From Mustelus asterias (taxonomy: Eukaryota), in NCBI RefSeq assembly GCF_964213995.1, contig NW_027590186.1:62001-126000 (forward strand): a stretch of DNA of 64,000 nt. Reading direction: 5' to 3'. Shown piece after piece: positions 36,893 through 48,462 of the stretch. Each line of letters opens with the position of its first letter. Within the stretch, counting starts at the first letter, position 1. Under the pieces are notes generated by a model. It was not told the origin of the DNA. It did no database searches and saw only the letters and a program-made list of their open reading frames with translations. The translations under genes were made by a program, and so were the position numbers.

Positions 36893-37364
36893 ATTGGGTG
36901 ATTAGTTGAAGCCTCATCCACACAATGAACACATGCACAGATTCACATTGCTGTGAATGGTGTGATGTTTTTTCAGGCTGTGTAACTGGTTAAAGCTCTT
37001 TCCACAGTCAGTTCACTGGAAAACTCTCACTCGGGTGTGTCTCTCTCTCGGTGCTTTTCCAGTCACACTGAAGTTTGAAATATTTCCCCACACTCCACAT
37101 TCAAAGGCTGATAGTGTTCAGGTGCTGGTGAATTGAGCAACTGTTAAATCTTGGTGTGAAACTTGATTCCATTTTGCTGACTGTAAATTTTCCCCTTCAA
37201 ATATCCTGCAAAAGGAGTTTACAAAACTACTGTCAGTCCAGGATAGAATTCTGATCAGACAAGTCTAATTTCTAAGGAACAACTTTTCTGGTCTGGTTCC
37301 CCAAAACAGTAAATCTATGTCTCCCTCCTCCCTGAGCTCTCCCTCTCCCCTCCTCCCTGAGCTG

Positions 37365-37700
37365 AGGGCGGCACGGTGGGACAGTGGTTAGCACTGCTGC
37401 CTCACAGCACCAGGAACCCGAGTTTGATTCCCAGCTTGGTTCACTGTCTGTGTGGAGTTTGCAGGTTCTCCCTGTTTCTGCATTAGTTTCCTCCGGGTGC
37501 ACCAGTTTCCTCCCACAGTCCAAACAGGTGTGGATTAAGTAGATTGGCAATGCTAAATTAACCCTGAGTGTTGCGGGGGAGGGGGGGGTCTCGCTAGGGT
37601 AAATGCATGGGGTAACGGTGATAGGGCCTGGGTGGGATTGTGGTCAATGCAGATTCGATGGGCCCAATGGCCTCCTTCTGCACTGTAGGATTCTATGAGA
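37365..37700 (+). mobile_element. HE1/V-SINE-type SINE
   Basis: GGGCGGCACGGTGG head, core and CR1-like tail. Confidence 0.85.
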
Positions 37701-37899
37701 TCCAAATGAAATGTTGCATTTTTTCATGCATCCTTACAACTAATTTATACAAATCACTCCAAGGCCTGTTCCTCCCCATCTCTGGAATCACCTCTCGTAC
37801 TGCTCTGATTCTGGCTTCCTACACATTCCATTTTTTAATCACTCCACCATTAGTGACGAGACCTTCACTGCACAAGGATGACTTCTCAAAGAATTCCGA

Positions 37900-38178
37900 C
37901 CATGCAGAAGGAAACCATTTGGCCCATCAAGTCTGGACCAACTCTGAATATTTTACCCCTGATCTATACCTCTAACCCACCTTACCTGCACATCTTTGTA
38001 CACGAAGGGGCAATATATTCCCCTAAGCATCACATCTTTGGACGGTGGGAGAAAACCAGAGCATCCAGAGGAAACCCACAGTCACAGGGATAACGTGCAA
38101 ACTCTGCACAGACAGTGACCTAAGGCTGGAATCGAACCTGAGTCCCTGGAGCTGTGAGGCAGCAGTGCTAACCACCCT
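37900..38178 (-). mobile_element. HE1/V-SINE-type SINE, diverged
   Basis: B box and core on the minus strand. Confidence 0.75.
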
Positions 38179-38319
38179 GATATTAATGGTGTTATATAAA
38201 TAGAAGTTGTTGTTGGCTGTAACCCTAACTTCCGGTTTTACAACAACACATTGATTTTATAACAAACTGTCTGATTTTTTTTGTCTCCAGTGGGTTATTC
38301 ATTTGGTTTCACCCTCAAG

Positions 38320-39100
38320 AAGTATGGTGGCTGCGCATGCGTTATTCCAATTTACCTCAACAAAGATGGCGGATGCGCATGCGCTTTGCAATACTTGGTT
38401 CCCTCTAAAGATGGCGGATGTGAACTCGGGTCTGAAGCCTTCGGAAGGCCCGAGGAATTTGCTTTGCAAATTGAGGGTTTGTGGCCGACACCGGGTGTTT
38501 ATAAAGCCTCACCATCCACCCGCCAACTCCATTTATGTTTCCAATTTTATTTTGGGCTCTGGATCCGCACTGGATCTTTGTAAAAATCTCCATTTAAAAC
38601 CTGCTCGCTCGAGCGCCTTACCGTCTGCCGCAGGCACTGCGCATGCTCCACATCACAATGTTTGGGGACTGATTGACGGCAGCTCCGGACCAATAGGAAG
38701 AGGGGGCGGGGCTGGAAGACGGAGCGGGAGCGGTTGATCCTCCAACGAATCGGAGTGAATGAGGGGCGGGCCCAGGCTGGGAGTGGAGCATGCGCAAAGA
38801 TGATAAAGCGCTGGGGAGCCTGGGAACGCACTGCGCAGGTGTGGTGTGCACAGTAAGAAGTCACAACACCAGGTTCACATCTAACAGGTTTATTTGGAAT
38901 CAGGAGCTTTCGGAGCTCCGCTCCTTCATCAGGTGACTCACCCAGTCCAACACCGGCATCTCCACATCAGGTGGTGTGGGTGCACGCTCTGAGCATGCTC
39001 AGTGTCAGTCATGGTGTTGGGGAGGGTTCGGGAGGAGTTTGTGAGCACAGGATAGGAATGGAAACCACGGCTGTACTGGAAACAGCACCAACTTCTGGCC
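38320..39100. promoter_or_regulatory. CpG promoter (copy 3) between head-to-head ZNF-E and ZNF-F
   Basis: GCGCATGCG motifs, two AAGATGGCGG; core 38635-38796 homologous to 6269-6423. Confidence 0.72.
38845..38968. mobile_element. Penelope-derived insertion inside promoter copy 3
   Basis: Family-1 terminal sequence, absent from the homologous 55240-55260 segment. Confidence 0.7.
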
Positions 39101-40516
39101 CAGGAAACAGGCCCTGGCTTTACCGCAGGGACAGCAGGTGGCTGGACATTGGGGAGGATTTGGAAACAATTTGTGGATCCGCAAACCCTTCAGAATCATT
39201 GTCAGCTCCCTGGTTTGCAGCTGCGGGGCTTCTCCCTCCCTCCCTCCCGGGAACAGGCCCAGGTTAACGGCCCCATCCTGGCTCAGCCACTGGAGGATGG
39301 TTCACATCAGAGGATGGGGGAGGGGGACAATAAATAAGAGGTTACACTTTGGCCTCAAATCAATGAGGACTCTGATCTCTGGAAAGGAAGGAAAGCCTGT
39401 GAGGTGGGCGGGGAGGATTCACAAACACCTGTTGGAGGCTGCAAACCCCCCAATCAGACCCATTGGTTTTATTGTTAGTCTGCAGACAGGAGCTGGAGAA
39501 CTGAACCCAGACAGAGGAGAGGGAGGGAGAAAACTGGGAGTGGAGGAAAGTGAATTGTCTGTTCAGCGTTTCTATTGTGGATTGACACTGAAAGATGTTT
39601 AAAAACTGCTTTTACACATTGTTACAAATTGACGATTTACACACAGAAAACTCAACTCCAAGAGGAATGTTTGTCTCTCTGTGATTTCTGTTCTGCATTG
39701 ACTGTGATTATTTTTGTAAACAGAGATTACAGCTTTCAGGAAAGATTAAATGGATTGAAGTTTTTTCCTGTTGAGCAGTGATCTGATAGAAGTCTTTAAA
39801 ATTATTAGTGGCTTGGACAGGGGAAATATGGGGAGAATGTTTCCACTCCTGACAGAGTCTAAAAGAAGGAACAATCAATAGACAAAGAGTCATAAATACC
39901 AGATAGTTACTAATAAATCCAAGAAGGCAATAAGGACAAACGTCTTCACTCACAGGTTTAGAATCACCATCGAAATGAGTTGAGGAAAGTGCTGAGATTG
40001 TTTCAAAAGGAAATGGGAGAAGCACACGAGAGAAAAAGAAATAGAAAAATCAACTGAAAGGCTGAGATGAGGTATATGGGACAGGAGACGATGTGTCAAG
40101 TATAAAGAATTAAACTGAATGGCTTGTTTGTGTCTTGTATATTCAAAGTAATTCAATGTAAACTCCTTTTCCAGAATATCTGCAGACGGGCGATTCAAAC
40201 CAAACGTCTCGGGATCTGACAGTGTCACATGGTTCTTCAGGATCTGAATATCAAAGGCCTATGAATGTGGAAGGAGAAATGTTTGCCTATTTTGTCTTTG
40301 GGAAATTATTCAACATCAGTGTGACTGGAAAAGCCCCGAGACACAGACATCTCAGTTACTTTTCCACAGTCAGCTGGAACAGAGCTTTAACCAGTCACAC
40401 AGTGTGAAAAGAAATAGCACATTTACATCAGGTAGACACCGTACTTGTGTTCTTTGTGTGGACCTGGTTTCAACTGATTAAATAACCTGGAGAGACAGGA
40501 GGACACCGGCATCATG

Positions 40517-40638
40517 TGAACAAGGAGCAGCAATAGGCCATTCGGCCCCACGGGCCAGTTCTGCATTTAATAACATCATGGCTGATCTGATAGTGAGCTC
40601 AAATCTGCATCCCGCCTACACCCGATAGCCTGTCAATA
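40517..40638 (-). mobile_element. Short CR1 3' tail inserted at the ZNF-F start codon
   Basis: AGGAGCAGCAATAGGCCATTCGGCCC...CATGGCTGATCTG flanked by the direct repeat ATCATG (40511-40516, 40639-40644). Confidence 0.75.
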
Positions 40639-40641
40639 ATC

Positions 40642-41790
40642 ATGGAGAAACCGTGGAAATGTGCGAACTGTGGGACGGGATTCAATTACCCATCTGAATT
40701 GGAAACCCATCGACGTATTCACACTGGGGAGAGACCATTCACCTGCTGTGTGTGTGGGAAGGGATTCACTCAGTCATCCAGCCTGTACACACACCAGCAT
40801 GTCCATACTGGTGAGAGGCCATTCACCTGTCTTCAATGTGGGAAGGGATTTAATGCTTTATCAAACCTCCGGACTCACCACCAGGTTCACTCTGATCAGA
40901 GACCGTTTAAATGTTGTGAGTGTGGGAAGAGCTTTAAAAGCAGAAAGGATTTGATGATTCACCAACGCACTCACGCTGGGGAGAGGCCATTCATCTGCAA
41001 CATGTGTGGTAAGGGATTCACTCAGTCATCCCACCTCCTGACACACCAAAGTGTTCACACTGATCAGAGACCATTTAAATGTTCTGATTGTGAGAAGAAC
41101 TTTAAAAGTAAAAAGGATTTACTGATTCACCAACGCACTCACACTGGGGAGAGGCCGTTCATCTGCTCCGTGTGTGGGAAGGGATTCACTTGTTCATCCC
41201 AGCTCCTGAAACATCGATTTGTTCACACTGATCAGAGACCTTTCAATTGTTCTGAATGTGAGAAAACATTTAAAAGCAAAAAGGATCTTCTGAAACACCA
41301 GCACACTCACACTGGGGAGAGGCCGTTCACCTGCTCTCTCTGTGGGAAGGGATTCACTCGGTTAGCTCACCTTCTGAGACACCATCGAGTTCACACTGGG
41401 GAGAGGCCGTTCACCTGCCCTGTGTGTTGTCAGGAATTCATTGATACATCCGACCTTCTGATACACCGGCGAGTTCACACTGGAGAGAGACCTTACACTT
41501 GCCTCCTGTGCGGCAAGAGATTCACTCAGTCATCCCACCTGACTACACACCAACTTGTTCACACTGATCAGAGACCTTTTGAATGTTCTGATTGTGAGAA
41601 GAGATTTAAAAGTAAACAGAATCTGCTGAAACACCAGCGAGTTCACACTGGGGAAAGGCCGTTCAACTGCTCCATGTGTGGGAAGGGATTCGCTCAGTCA
41701 AACAACCTGCTGAAACACCAGCAAGTTCACAGGCGACAGCAGGGGTTGGATTCTGCTGTTATTGCTGCTGTTAATCACACCCAGGACTGA
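40642..41790 (+). CDS. C2H2 zinc-finger protein ZNF-F, 382 aa, 13 fingers
   Basis: Intact ORF from MEKPWKC; tail RRQQGLDSAVIAAVNHTQD; same subfamily as ZNF-A (KxKKDLL fingers). Confidence 0.9.
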   Translation: MEKPWKCANCGTGFNYPSELETHRRIHTGERPFTCCVCGKGFTQSSSLYTHQHVHTGERPFTCLQCGKGFNALSNLRTHHQVHSDQRPFKCCECGKSFKSRKDLMIHQRTHAGERPFICNMCGKGFTQSSHLLTHQSVHTDQRPFKCSDCEKNFKSKKDLLIHQRTHTGERPFICSVCGKGFTCSSQLLKHRFVHTDQRPFNCSECEKTFKSKKDLLKHQHTHTGERPFTCSLCGKGFTRLAHLLRHHRVHTGERPFTCPVCCQEFIDTSDLLIHRRVHTGERPYTCLLCGKRFTQSSHLTTHQLVHTDQRPFECSDCEKRFKSKQNLLKHQRVHTGERPFNCSMCGKGFAQSNNLLKHQQVHRRQQGLDSAVIAAVNHTQD

Positions 41791-41809
41791 ATAGTGTCTG
41801 GTTACCAGT

Positions 41810-43325
41810 GAGGTTCCACAGTTTTGTGGTATACATCAATGACTTAGACTTAAATGTAAGGCTCATGATTCAGTTTGCAGATGATACAACAGTTGTATTT
41901 GTGTTTAACAATCCAGAAGAAAGCCGTGGACTGCAGGAAGATATCAGTGGGCTGGTCAGATGGGCAGAAAAATGGCACATGGAATTCGATCTGGAGCAGT
42001 GAGAGAGAATGAATTTGGGACATTAGACAAGACAAGGGAATGAACAATAAAGGGATGATGCTGAGAATTATAGAGGATCAGAGAGAACCTGGAGCCAACA
42101 TCCAGGCATCCGTGAAGGAGGCTGGACAGGTAGATCATAAGACCGTAAGATGTAGGAGCAGAATTAGGCCATTCAGCCCATTGAGTCTGCTCTGCCATTC
42201 AATCAAGGCTGATCAGTGTCTCAATCAGGTGGTCAAGAAGACATTTGGCCCATGCCTAGTGTATAAGAGGAGGGAGATTATGCTCAAACTGAAGCAGAGA
42301 GTGGGAGTCAATGGATCCTTTTCAGAGTGGGAAGCAGTGACTAGTGGGTCCGGCAGGTTCAGTGCTGCAACCCCAGCTGTTCATAATATGCATTAATGAT
42401 TTGGATGAAGGAATTGAATGCAATATCTCCAATTTTCAGCCGACACTAAGCTGGGTGGCAGTGTGTGCTGTGAGGAGGATCCTGAGAGGCTACAGGGTGG
42501 CTTGGACAGGCTGAGTGGGCAGATACTTGGCAAATGCAACATAATGTGGATAAATGTGAGGTTATCAACTTTGGTGGCAAAAACAGGAAGAAAGATTATT
42601 ATCTGAATGGTGGCAGTTTAGGAAAAGGGGAAGTGCAACGTGACCTGGGTGTCATGGTGGGACAGTTGCTGAAGGTTGGCATGCAGGTACAGCAGGCAGT
42701 GAGGAAAGCTAATGGCATGCTGGCCTTCATAGCAAGAGGATTTGAGTACAGGAGTAAAGATGTTTTGCTCAGTTGTACAGGGCCTTGGTGAAGCCACACC
42801 TTGAGTATTATGTGCGTTTTTGGTCTCCTAGTCTGAGGAAGGACATTCTTGCTGTTGAGGGAGTCCAGCTACGGTTCACAGACTGATTCCTGGAATGGCA
42901 GGACTGACATATGGAGAGAGACTGGATCAACTGGGCTTTTACTGACTGGAATTTAGAATGAGAGGGGATCTCATAGAAACATTTAAAATCCTGATGGGAC
43001 TGGACAGGCTCGATGCTGTCCCAACATGTTCCCAATGTTGGGCAAGTCCAGAACTAGGGGTTACAATCTCAGACTGAGATGAGGAAGAACTTCTTGTTGT
43101 GAACCTGTGGAATTCTCTACCACAGAAAGCTGTTGGGGCCAGTTTGTTAAATATGTTCAAGGGGGAGCTGGATGTGACTCTTGTGACTAACGGTACCACA
43201 AAGGGGTATGGAGAGAAAGCGGGACTGTGATACTGAAAGTGCATGATCGACCATGATCATATTGAATGGTGATGAAGGCTCGAAGGGCCGAATAGCCAAC
43301 TCCTGCACCTATTTTCTATGTTTAT
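41810..43325 (+). mobile_element. Degenerate CR1 fragments (about 41810-42130 and 42290-43325)
   Basis: YINDLD..FADDT, QRDLGVMV and CR1 3' UTR. Confidence 0.8.
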
Positions 43326-43356
43326 AAAATGCTTCATAAAACGTTCTGTCGAAGGA

Positions 43357-44320
43357 TCAAAGAACAAAGAACAGTACAGCACAGGAAACAGGCCCTTCGG
43401 CCCTCCAAGCCCGTGCCGCTCATTGGTCCAACTAGACCAATCGTTTGTATCCCTCCATTCCCAGGCTGCTCATGTGACTATCCAGGTAAGTCTTAAACGA
43501 TGTCAGCATGTCTGCCTCCACCACCCTTCTTGGCAGCGCATTCCAGGCCCCCATCACCCTCTGTGTAAAAAAACATCCCTCTGATATCTGAGTTATACTT
43601 CGCCCCTCTCACCTTGAGCCCGTGACCCCTCGTCATCGTCACCTCCGACCTGGGACAAAGCTTCCCACTGTTCACCCTATTGATACCCTTCATAATTTTG
43701 TACACCTCTATTAGGACTCCCCTCATTCTCCGTCTTTCCAGGGAGAACAAGCCCAGTTTACCCAATCTCTCCTCATAGCTAAGACCCTCCAGACCAGGCA
43801 ACATCCTGGTAAACCTTCCCTGCACTCTCTCTAAAGCCTCCACGTCCTTCTGGTAGTGCGGCGACCAGAACTGGACGCAGTACTCCAAATGTGGCCTAAC
43901 CAGCGTTCTATACAGCTGCATCATCAGACTCCAACGTTTATACTCCATACCCCATCCTATAAAGGCAAGCATGCCATATGCCTTCTTCACCACCTTCTCC
44001 ACCTATGCTGCCACCTTCAAGGATTTGAGGACTTGCACACCTAGGTTCCTCTGTGTTTTTATACTCTTGATGGCTCTGCCATTTATTGTATAACTCCTCC
44101 CTACATTAGTTCTTCCAAAATGCATCACTTCACATTTATCTGGATTAAATTCCATCTGCCATTTCTCCGCCCAATTTTCCAGCCTATCTATATCCTGCTG
44201 TATTGTCCGACAATGTTCATCGCTATCCGCAAGTCCAGCCATCTTCGTGTCATCCGCAAACTTGCTGATAACACCAGTTACACCTTCTTCCAAGTCATTT
44301 ATATATATCACAAATAGCAG
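43357..44320 (-). mobile_element. CR1 LINE, 5'-truncated
   Basis: ORFs 44003..44311 and 43493..44002; tail matches 16325-16495. Confidence 0.9.
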
Positions 44321-45054
44321 ATCACAAATTAAGATCCAAAAGATTAACTCTGTTTCTCCCCACAGATGCTGCCAGACCTGCTGAGGTTGCCCAGCATAGT
44401 CTGTTTATATTTATAAAATGCTAGTTGGAGCAAGCTGGAGTACTGAGCTCTGTTCTGGTTACCAGATTAATCAGTTATAAAAGTATATGTCTAGTAAAGC
44501 TGTGTGGCAGAAAGCTGAAGACAGTTGGTGAATTTTTAATATAATTACAATCTGTTCAATTTTCAAATCTAGTGAATAAAGGATTGAAGAATTAGGAGGG
44601 TTCGTGGAGGAATCATTTCACCCGGAGAGTGATGGGGATCTGGAACTCACTGCCTGAAAGGACGGGAGAGGCAGAAACCCTCATCACATTAAACAGGAAC
44701 TCAGATACACAGCTGAGATTCTGTAACACACAGAGGGACAGATCAAGAGCTGGAAAGTAGGGTGAAACTGGACAGTACTTTTCCAGCCAGCACAGACCTG
44801 ATGGGCTGAATGGCCTCCTGCTGTTCAGTGAATTTTCTATATTTCAGTTCTGACAGTTGGAGTTTGTTTCTGCTGATGTTAATAACTCCTCGAACTGGGC
44901 TGTAGTGTAATATTCTGGATAAATGTGAAATCAGCTTGATTAAAACACATCAGAGTAGATTTTTTGTCTTTCCCACCTGTGTTATCTGATTGTATTCTGA
45001 TTTTCTTATCAGTAACACAACTAATCTCAGCCGCCCCAATCTGCGAATGACTTA

Positions 45055-46039
45055 GTAAATTCCTTCCCTAAGAACTAATTGGATTAACCCGAGCAGCAGC
45101 TTGAGGTAATTATTCACTGAGGAAAAGCTTGACTCTGACACAGGGAGCTGGCCACTCAGGGGTGAAAAGCCAGGGCTCCGTAATGATTTGTTGCTGGCTG
45201 ATTACTGAAGACACTCACTCGAGGCAAGAACCACATGTCCACCTCAGCAAGTGGGACTGTATCTGCTCGGGTTAATCCAATTAATTCTTAGGGAAGGAAT
45301 TTACCTCACACCACAGGGACTGCAGCGGTTCAGGAAGGCAGCTCACCATCACCTCAAGGGCAATTAGGAATAGGCAATAAAAATGCTGGTCTGGCCAGTG
45401 ACACCCACACCCCATGAAAAGAAAATGTCTGTTCAAACAAGACTTAATTAAGGCAGGACAGGATTCTTTGAATAATAAATTTTACATTAAATTAACATTA
45501 AAATTATTATTAAAGGAAAGAGATTTGCATGTCAATTCAGGAAAACTTCCAAGATGGTGCTGGAGTGTGGCAACTTCTTGCAAGCTGTGCCCAGCACACC
45601 CTCTGTTCTATCTTCTCCTCGTTCTATACTTATAAAACTTTATTCTAACTCTTATGACTGTAACACTACATTCTGCATCCTCTCCTTCTCTACGTACGGT
45701 ACTCTGTATAGCACACAAGAAACAGTACTTTTCACTGTATGCTCATACATGTGACAATAATTATTCAAATCAGACAATGATTTTTGCAACTTTATCGAGG
45801 TGTTGATCCATCACAGCATTCCCCTCTCAAGACTCTGTCTCAGGTACAGTCCCACTTGCTGAGATGTACATGTGATTCTTGCCTCGATTGAGTGTCTTCA
45901 GTAATCAGCCAGTAACAAATCATTACAGAGCCCTGACTTTTCACCCCTGAGTGGCCAGCTCCCTGTGTCAGAGTCGAGCTTTTCCTCAGTGAATAATTAC
46001 CTCAAGCTGCTGCTCGGGTTAATCCAATTAGTTCTTAGG
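45055..46039. repeat. Compound inverted repeat: 42-bp arms (45055-45096 / 45263-45304) and a 195-bp inverted copy (45067-45261 / 45845-46039)
   Basis: Direct reverse-complement comparison. Confidence 0.85.
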
Positions 46040-46124
46040 CACAGTGGCCACTCAGTCTCTGTACATCAGAAAGAATACAAAAGAGCTAAAATCTCTTGAC
46101 TTTCAAGTACTTCGCGATCCACTA

Positions 46125-46920
46125 TTTAAGGTGAGAGGGGAGAGATACAAAAGTGTCCAGAGGGGCAATTTTTTCACACACAGGGTGGTGAGTGTCTGGA
46201 ACAAGCTGCCAGAGGTAGTAGTAGAGGTGGGTTCAATTTTAGCTTTTAAAAAGCATTTAGATAGTTACTTGGGTACGATGGGTATAGAGGGATATGGGCC
46301 AAATGTGGGCAATTGGGATTAGCTTAGGGGTTTTAAAAAAAAGGGCAGCATGGACAAGTTGGGCCGAAGGGCCTGTTTCCATGCTGTAAACCTCTATGAC
46401 TCTGACACTGGATCAAACTAAACATTATAATGTACCATTCCTCGGGACCATTCTCCGGGATCCTTCATTATTAGAACAGTTTGTCTGAAATTACTATTTC
46501 TCACACAGAGAGAGACATGCAATAATTCAACGTAACGAGTTTTGAATGAAAATCCAGTCTTTCCAATATGATTATTGATTCTTTATTTATAACTTAATCA
46601 AGGTTCATCAATTGTGCAATCATCTGTTTCATGACTCGTTACTCCCTTCAGAATTTGATTAATATATGTGGTTAATACAGAAAATAAAATGAGCTCTTTC
46701 ATCACATAGAGTCATAAAGTGTCTGCAACAAGCTGCCAGAGGTAGTAGTAGAGGTGGGTACAATTCTGTCTTTTAAAAAGCATTTAGATAGTTACATGGG
46801 TATGGAGGGATACGGGCCAAGTGCGCGCAATTTGGATTAGCTTAGGGGTTTAAAAAAACGCCAGCATGGACAAGTTGGGCCGAAGGGCCTGTTTCCATGC
46901 TGTAAACCTCTATGACTCTA
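46125..46920 (+). mobile_element. Two CR1 3' ends (46125-46403 and 46720-46920)
   Basis: Both end in GTAAACCTCTATGACTCT. Confidence 0.8.
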
Positions 46921-47269
46921 TTTGTTACATGATCAGTGCATTCTGACTGGTGAGAGGCTGCTTTCATGTTGTGTGTTAGATAAGATTCATTAATTCAATC
47001 ACCTGAGCTAGCAATTCATGAATGGGCTCACATTTAACTCGAGGGATAGTTTCTAATGTAGCTGCTGCTGTTGATCATATCCAGGACAGCACTATGGCAG
47101 ATAACTAATTAAGTGCAGTTTTTGAAGAAAAAATGATAATTGTATATCTGGATCATTGGATGCAATCGCAAACGGATCAGAAAACATCATTACCAAAATT
47201 TCCATTTAATGGTGGAGTGATTACCCATCATTCTCCGCGGGTCAGAAAGTGCTCGATCCTCACTAGAGG

Positions 47270-47580
47270 AAGAGACTGCGCAGGCGTGGGGGAAATGCTG
47301 TGTTTGGAGCATGCGCGGTCCCGGGTGTCGGTCTGTTCAATCAACATCGGGTGAGAAGATACTGGAGGGGAATGGGGCTGGGGAAGAAATGGAACCGTCT
47401 TGTGGGGCCGGGGGAGCGGGGAAACTCATTAGTAAAACATGCTCATGCCTCAGAGCCCGAATCCCAAAGTCCCGGGTCGCGCGGGAGGCGCCGCCGACAC
47501 TTTTGTTCATCCCGGGTTAACGGCCGCCATCTTTCCCGGGGCAACGGGCAGCAGGGCGCATGCGCAGGGAGCCCAGTCCC
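47270..47580 (+). promoter_or_regulatory. CpG promoter-like segment upstream of ZNF-G
   Basis: AGCATGCGCG, GCGCATGCGCA, CCGCCATCTT (YY1-like). Confidence 0.6.
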
Positions 47581-47633
47581 TCTGGGGCTTTGTTACCTTT
47601 TCTCCTTCATCCCTTTTCCCAGTCCCAGGTTGC

Positions 47634-48114
47634 AGGCTCCAGCTGGCAATGTGTGCATCCAGTGTGGAGGAGGCTCCAGCTGGCAATGTGTGCATCCAGT
47701 GTGGAGGAGGCTCCAGCTGGCAATGTGTGCATCCAGTGTGGAGGAGGCTCCAGCTGGCAATGTGTGCATCCAGTGTGGAGGAGGCTCCAGCTGGCAATGT
47801 GTGCATCCAGTGTGGAGGAGGCTCCAGCTGGCAATGTGTGCATCCAGTGTGGAGGAGGCTCCAGCTGACAATGTGTGCATCCAGTGTGGAGGAGGCTCCA
47901 GCTGGCAATGTGTGCATCCAGCGTGGAGGCGGCTCCAGCTGGCAATGTGTGCATCCAGAGTGGAGGAGGCTCCAGCTGGCAATGTGTGCATCCAGTGTGG
48001 AGGAGGCTCCAGTTGGCAATGATGTACATCCAGTGTGGAGGAGGCTCCAGCTGGCAATGTGTGCATCCAGTGTGGAGGTAGCTCCAGTTGGCAATGATGT
48101 GCATCCAGTGTGGA
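47634..48114 (+). repeat. Minisatellite, about 13 x 37 bp, AGGCTCCAGCTGGCAATGTGTGCATCCAGTGTGGAGG
   Basis: Head-to-tail near-identical units with no spacers. Confidence 0.97.
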
Positions 48115-48462
48115 CATAGCGACAGCTGCCAGGGTCACTTTCACCTTGTGCCGGTCCCACACATTCCCAGGTTCATTCAGCTCAATTTCACAACCCGCCT
48201 TTTTGTTTCTGTGGGTTCTCTCTCACTCCTTTTTCTCTGTTTTAAATCCTTTCCACAGAGTATCGGAAGGGGAGGAGTTACAGTCAGGAAACAACCTCAT
48301 CATCGCATCAAAGTCTGACAGCCGCTGAATGCATCCTTACCTGAATATCGTCAGATTTTGAACATAGAACTGAAAAGCTCCATTGACAGTGGAGAGAAAC
48401 TGTACATGTGTTCTGTGTGTGGACAAGCCTTCAGCCTGTTGAAACGTTAGTGCAGTCACTCC

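Noticed and set aside
5472-46046. Other CACAGTG heptamers as RSS (e.g. 5472, 20565, 32901, 40398, 46040)
   Set aside because: No nonamer at 12- or 23-bp spacing where checked, and no adjacent V/D/J coding sequence
47634-48114. CRISPR-like array of 37-bp repeats
   Set aside because: Units are head-to-tail with no unique spacers, there are no cas genes and the context is vertebrate; it is a minisatellite
47300-48162. Six overlapping long ORFs as protein genes
   Set aside because: They result from a stop-free tandem repeat
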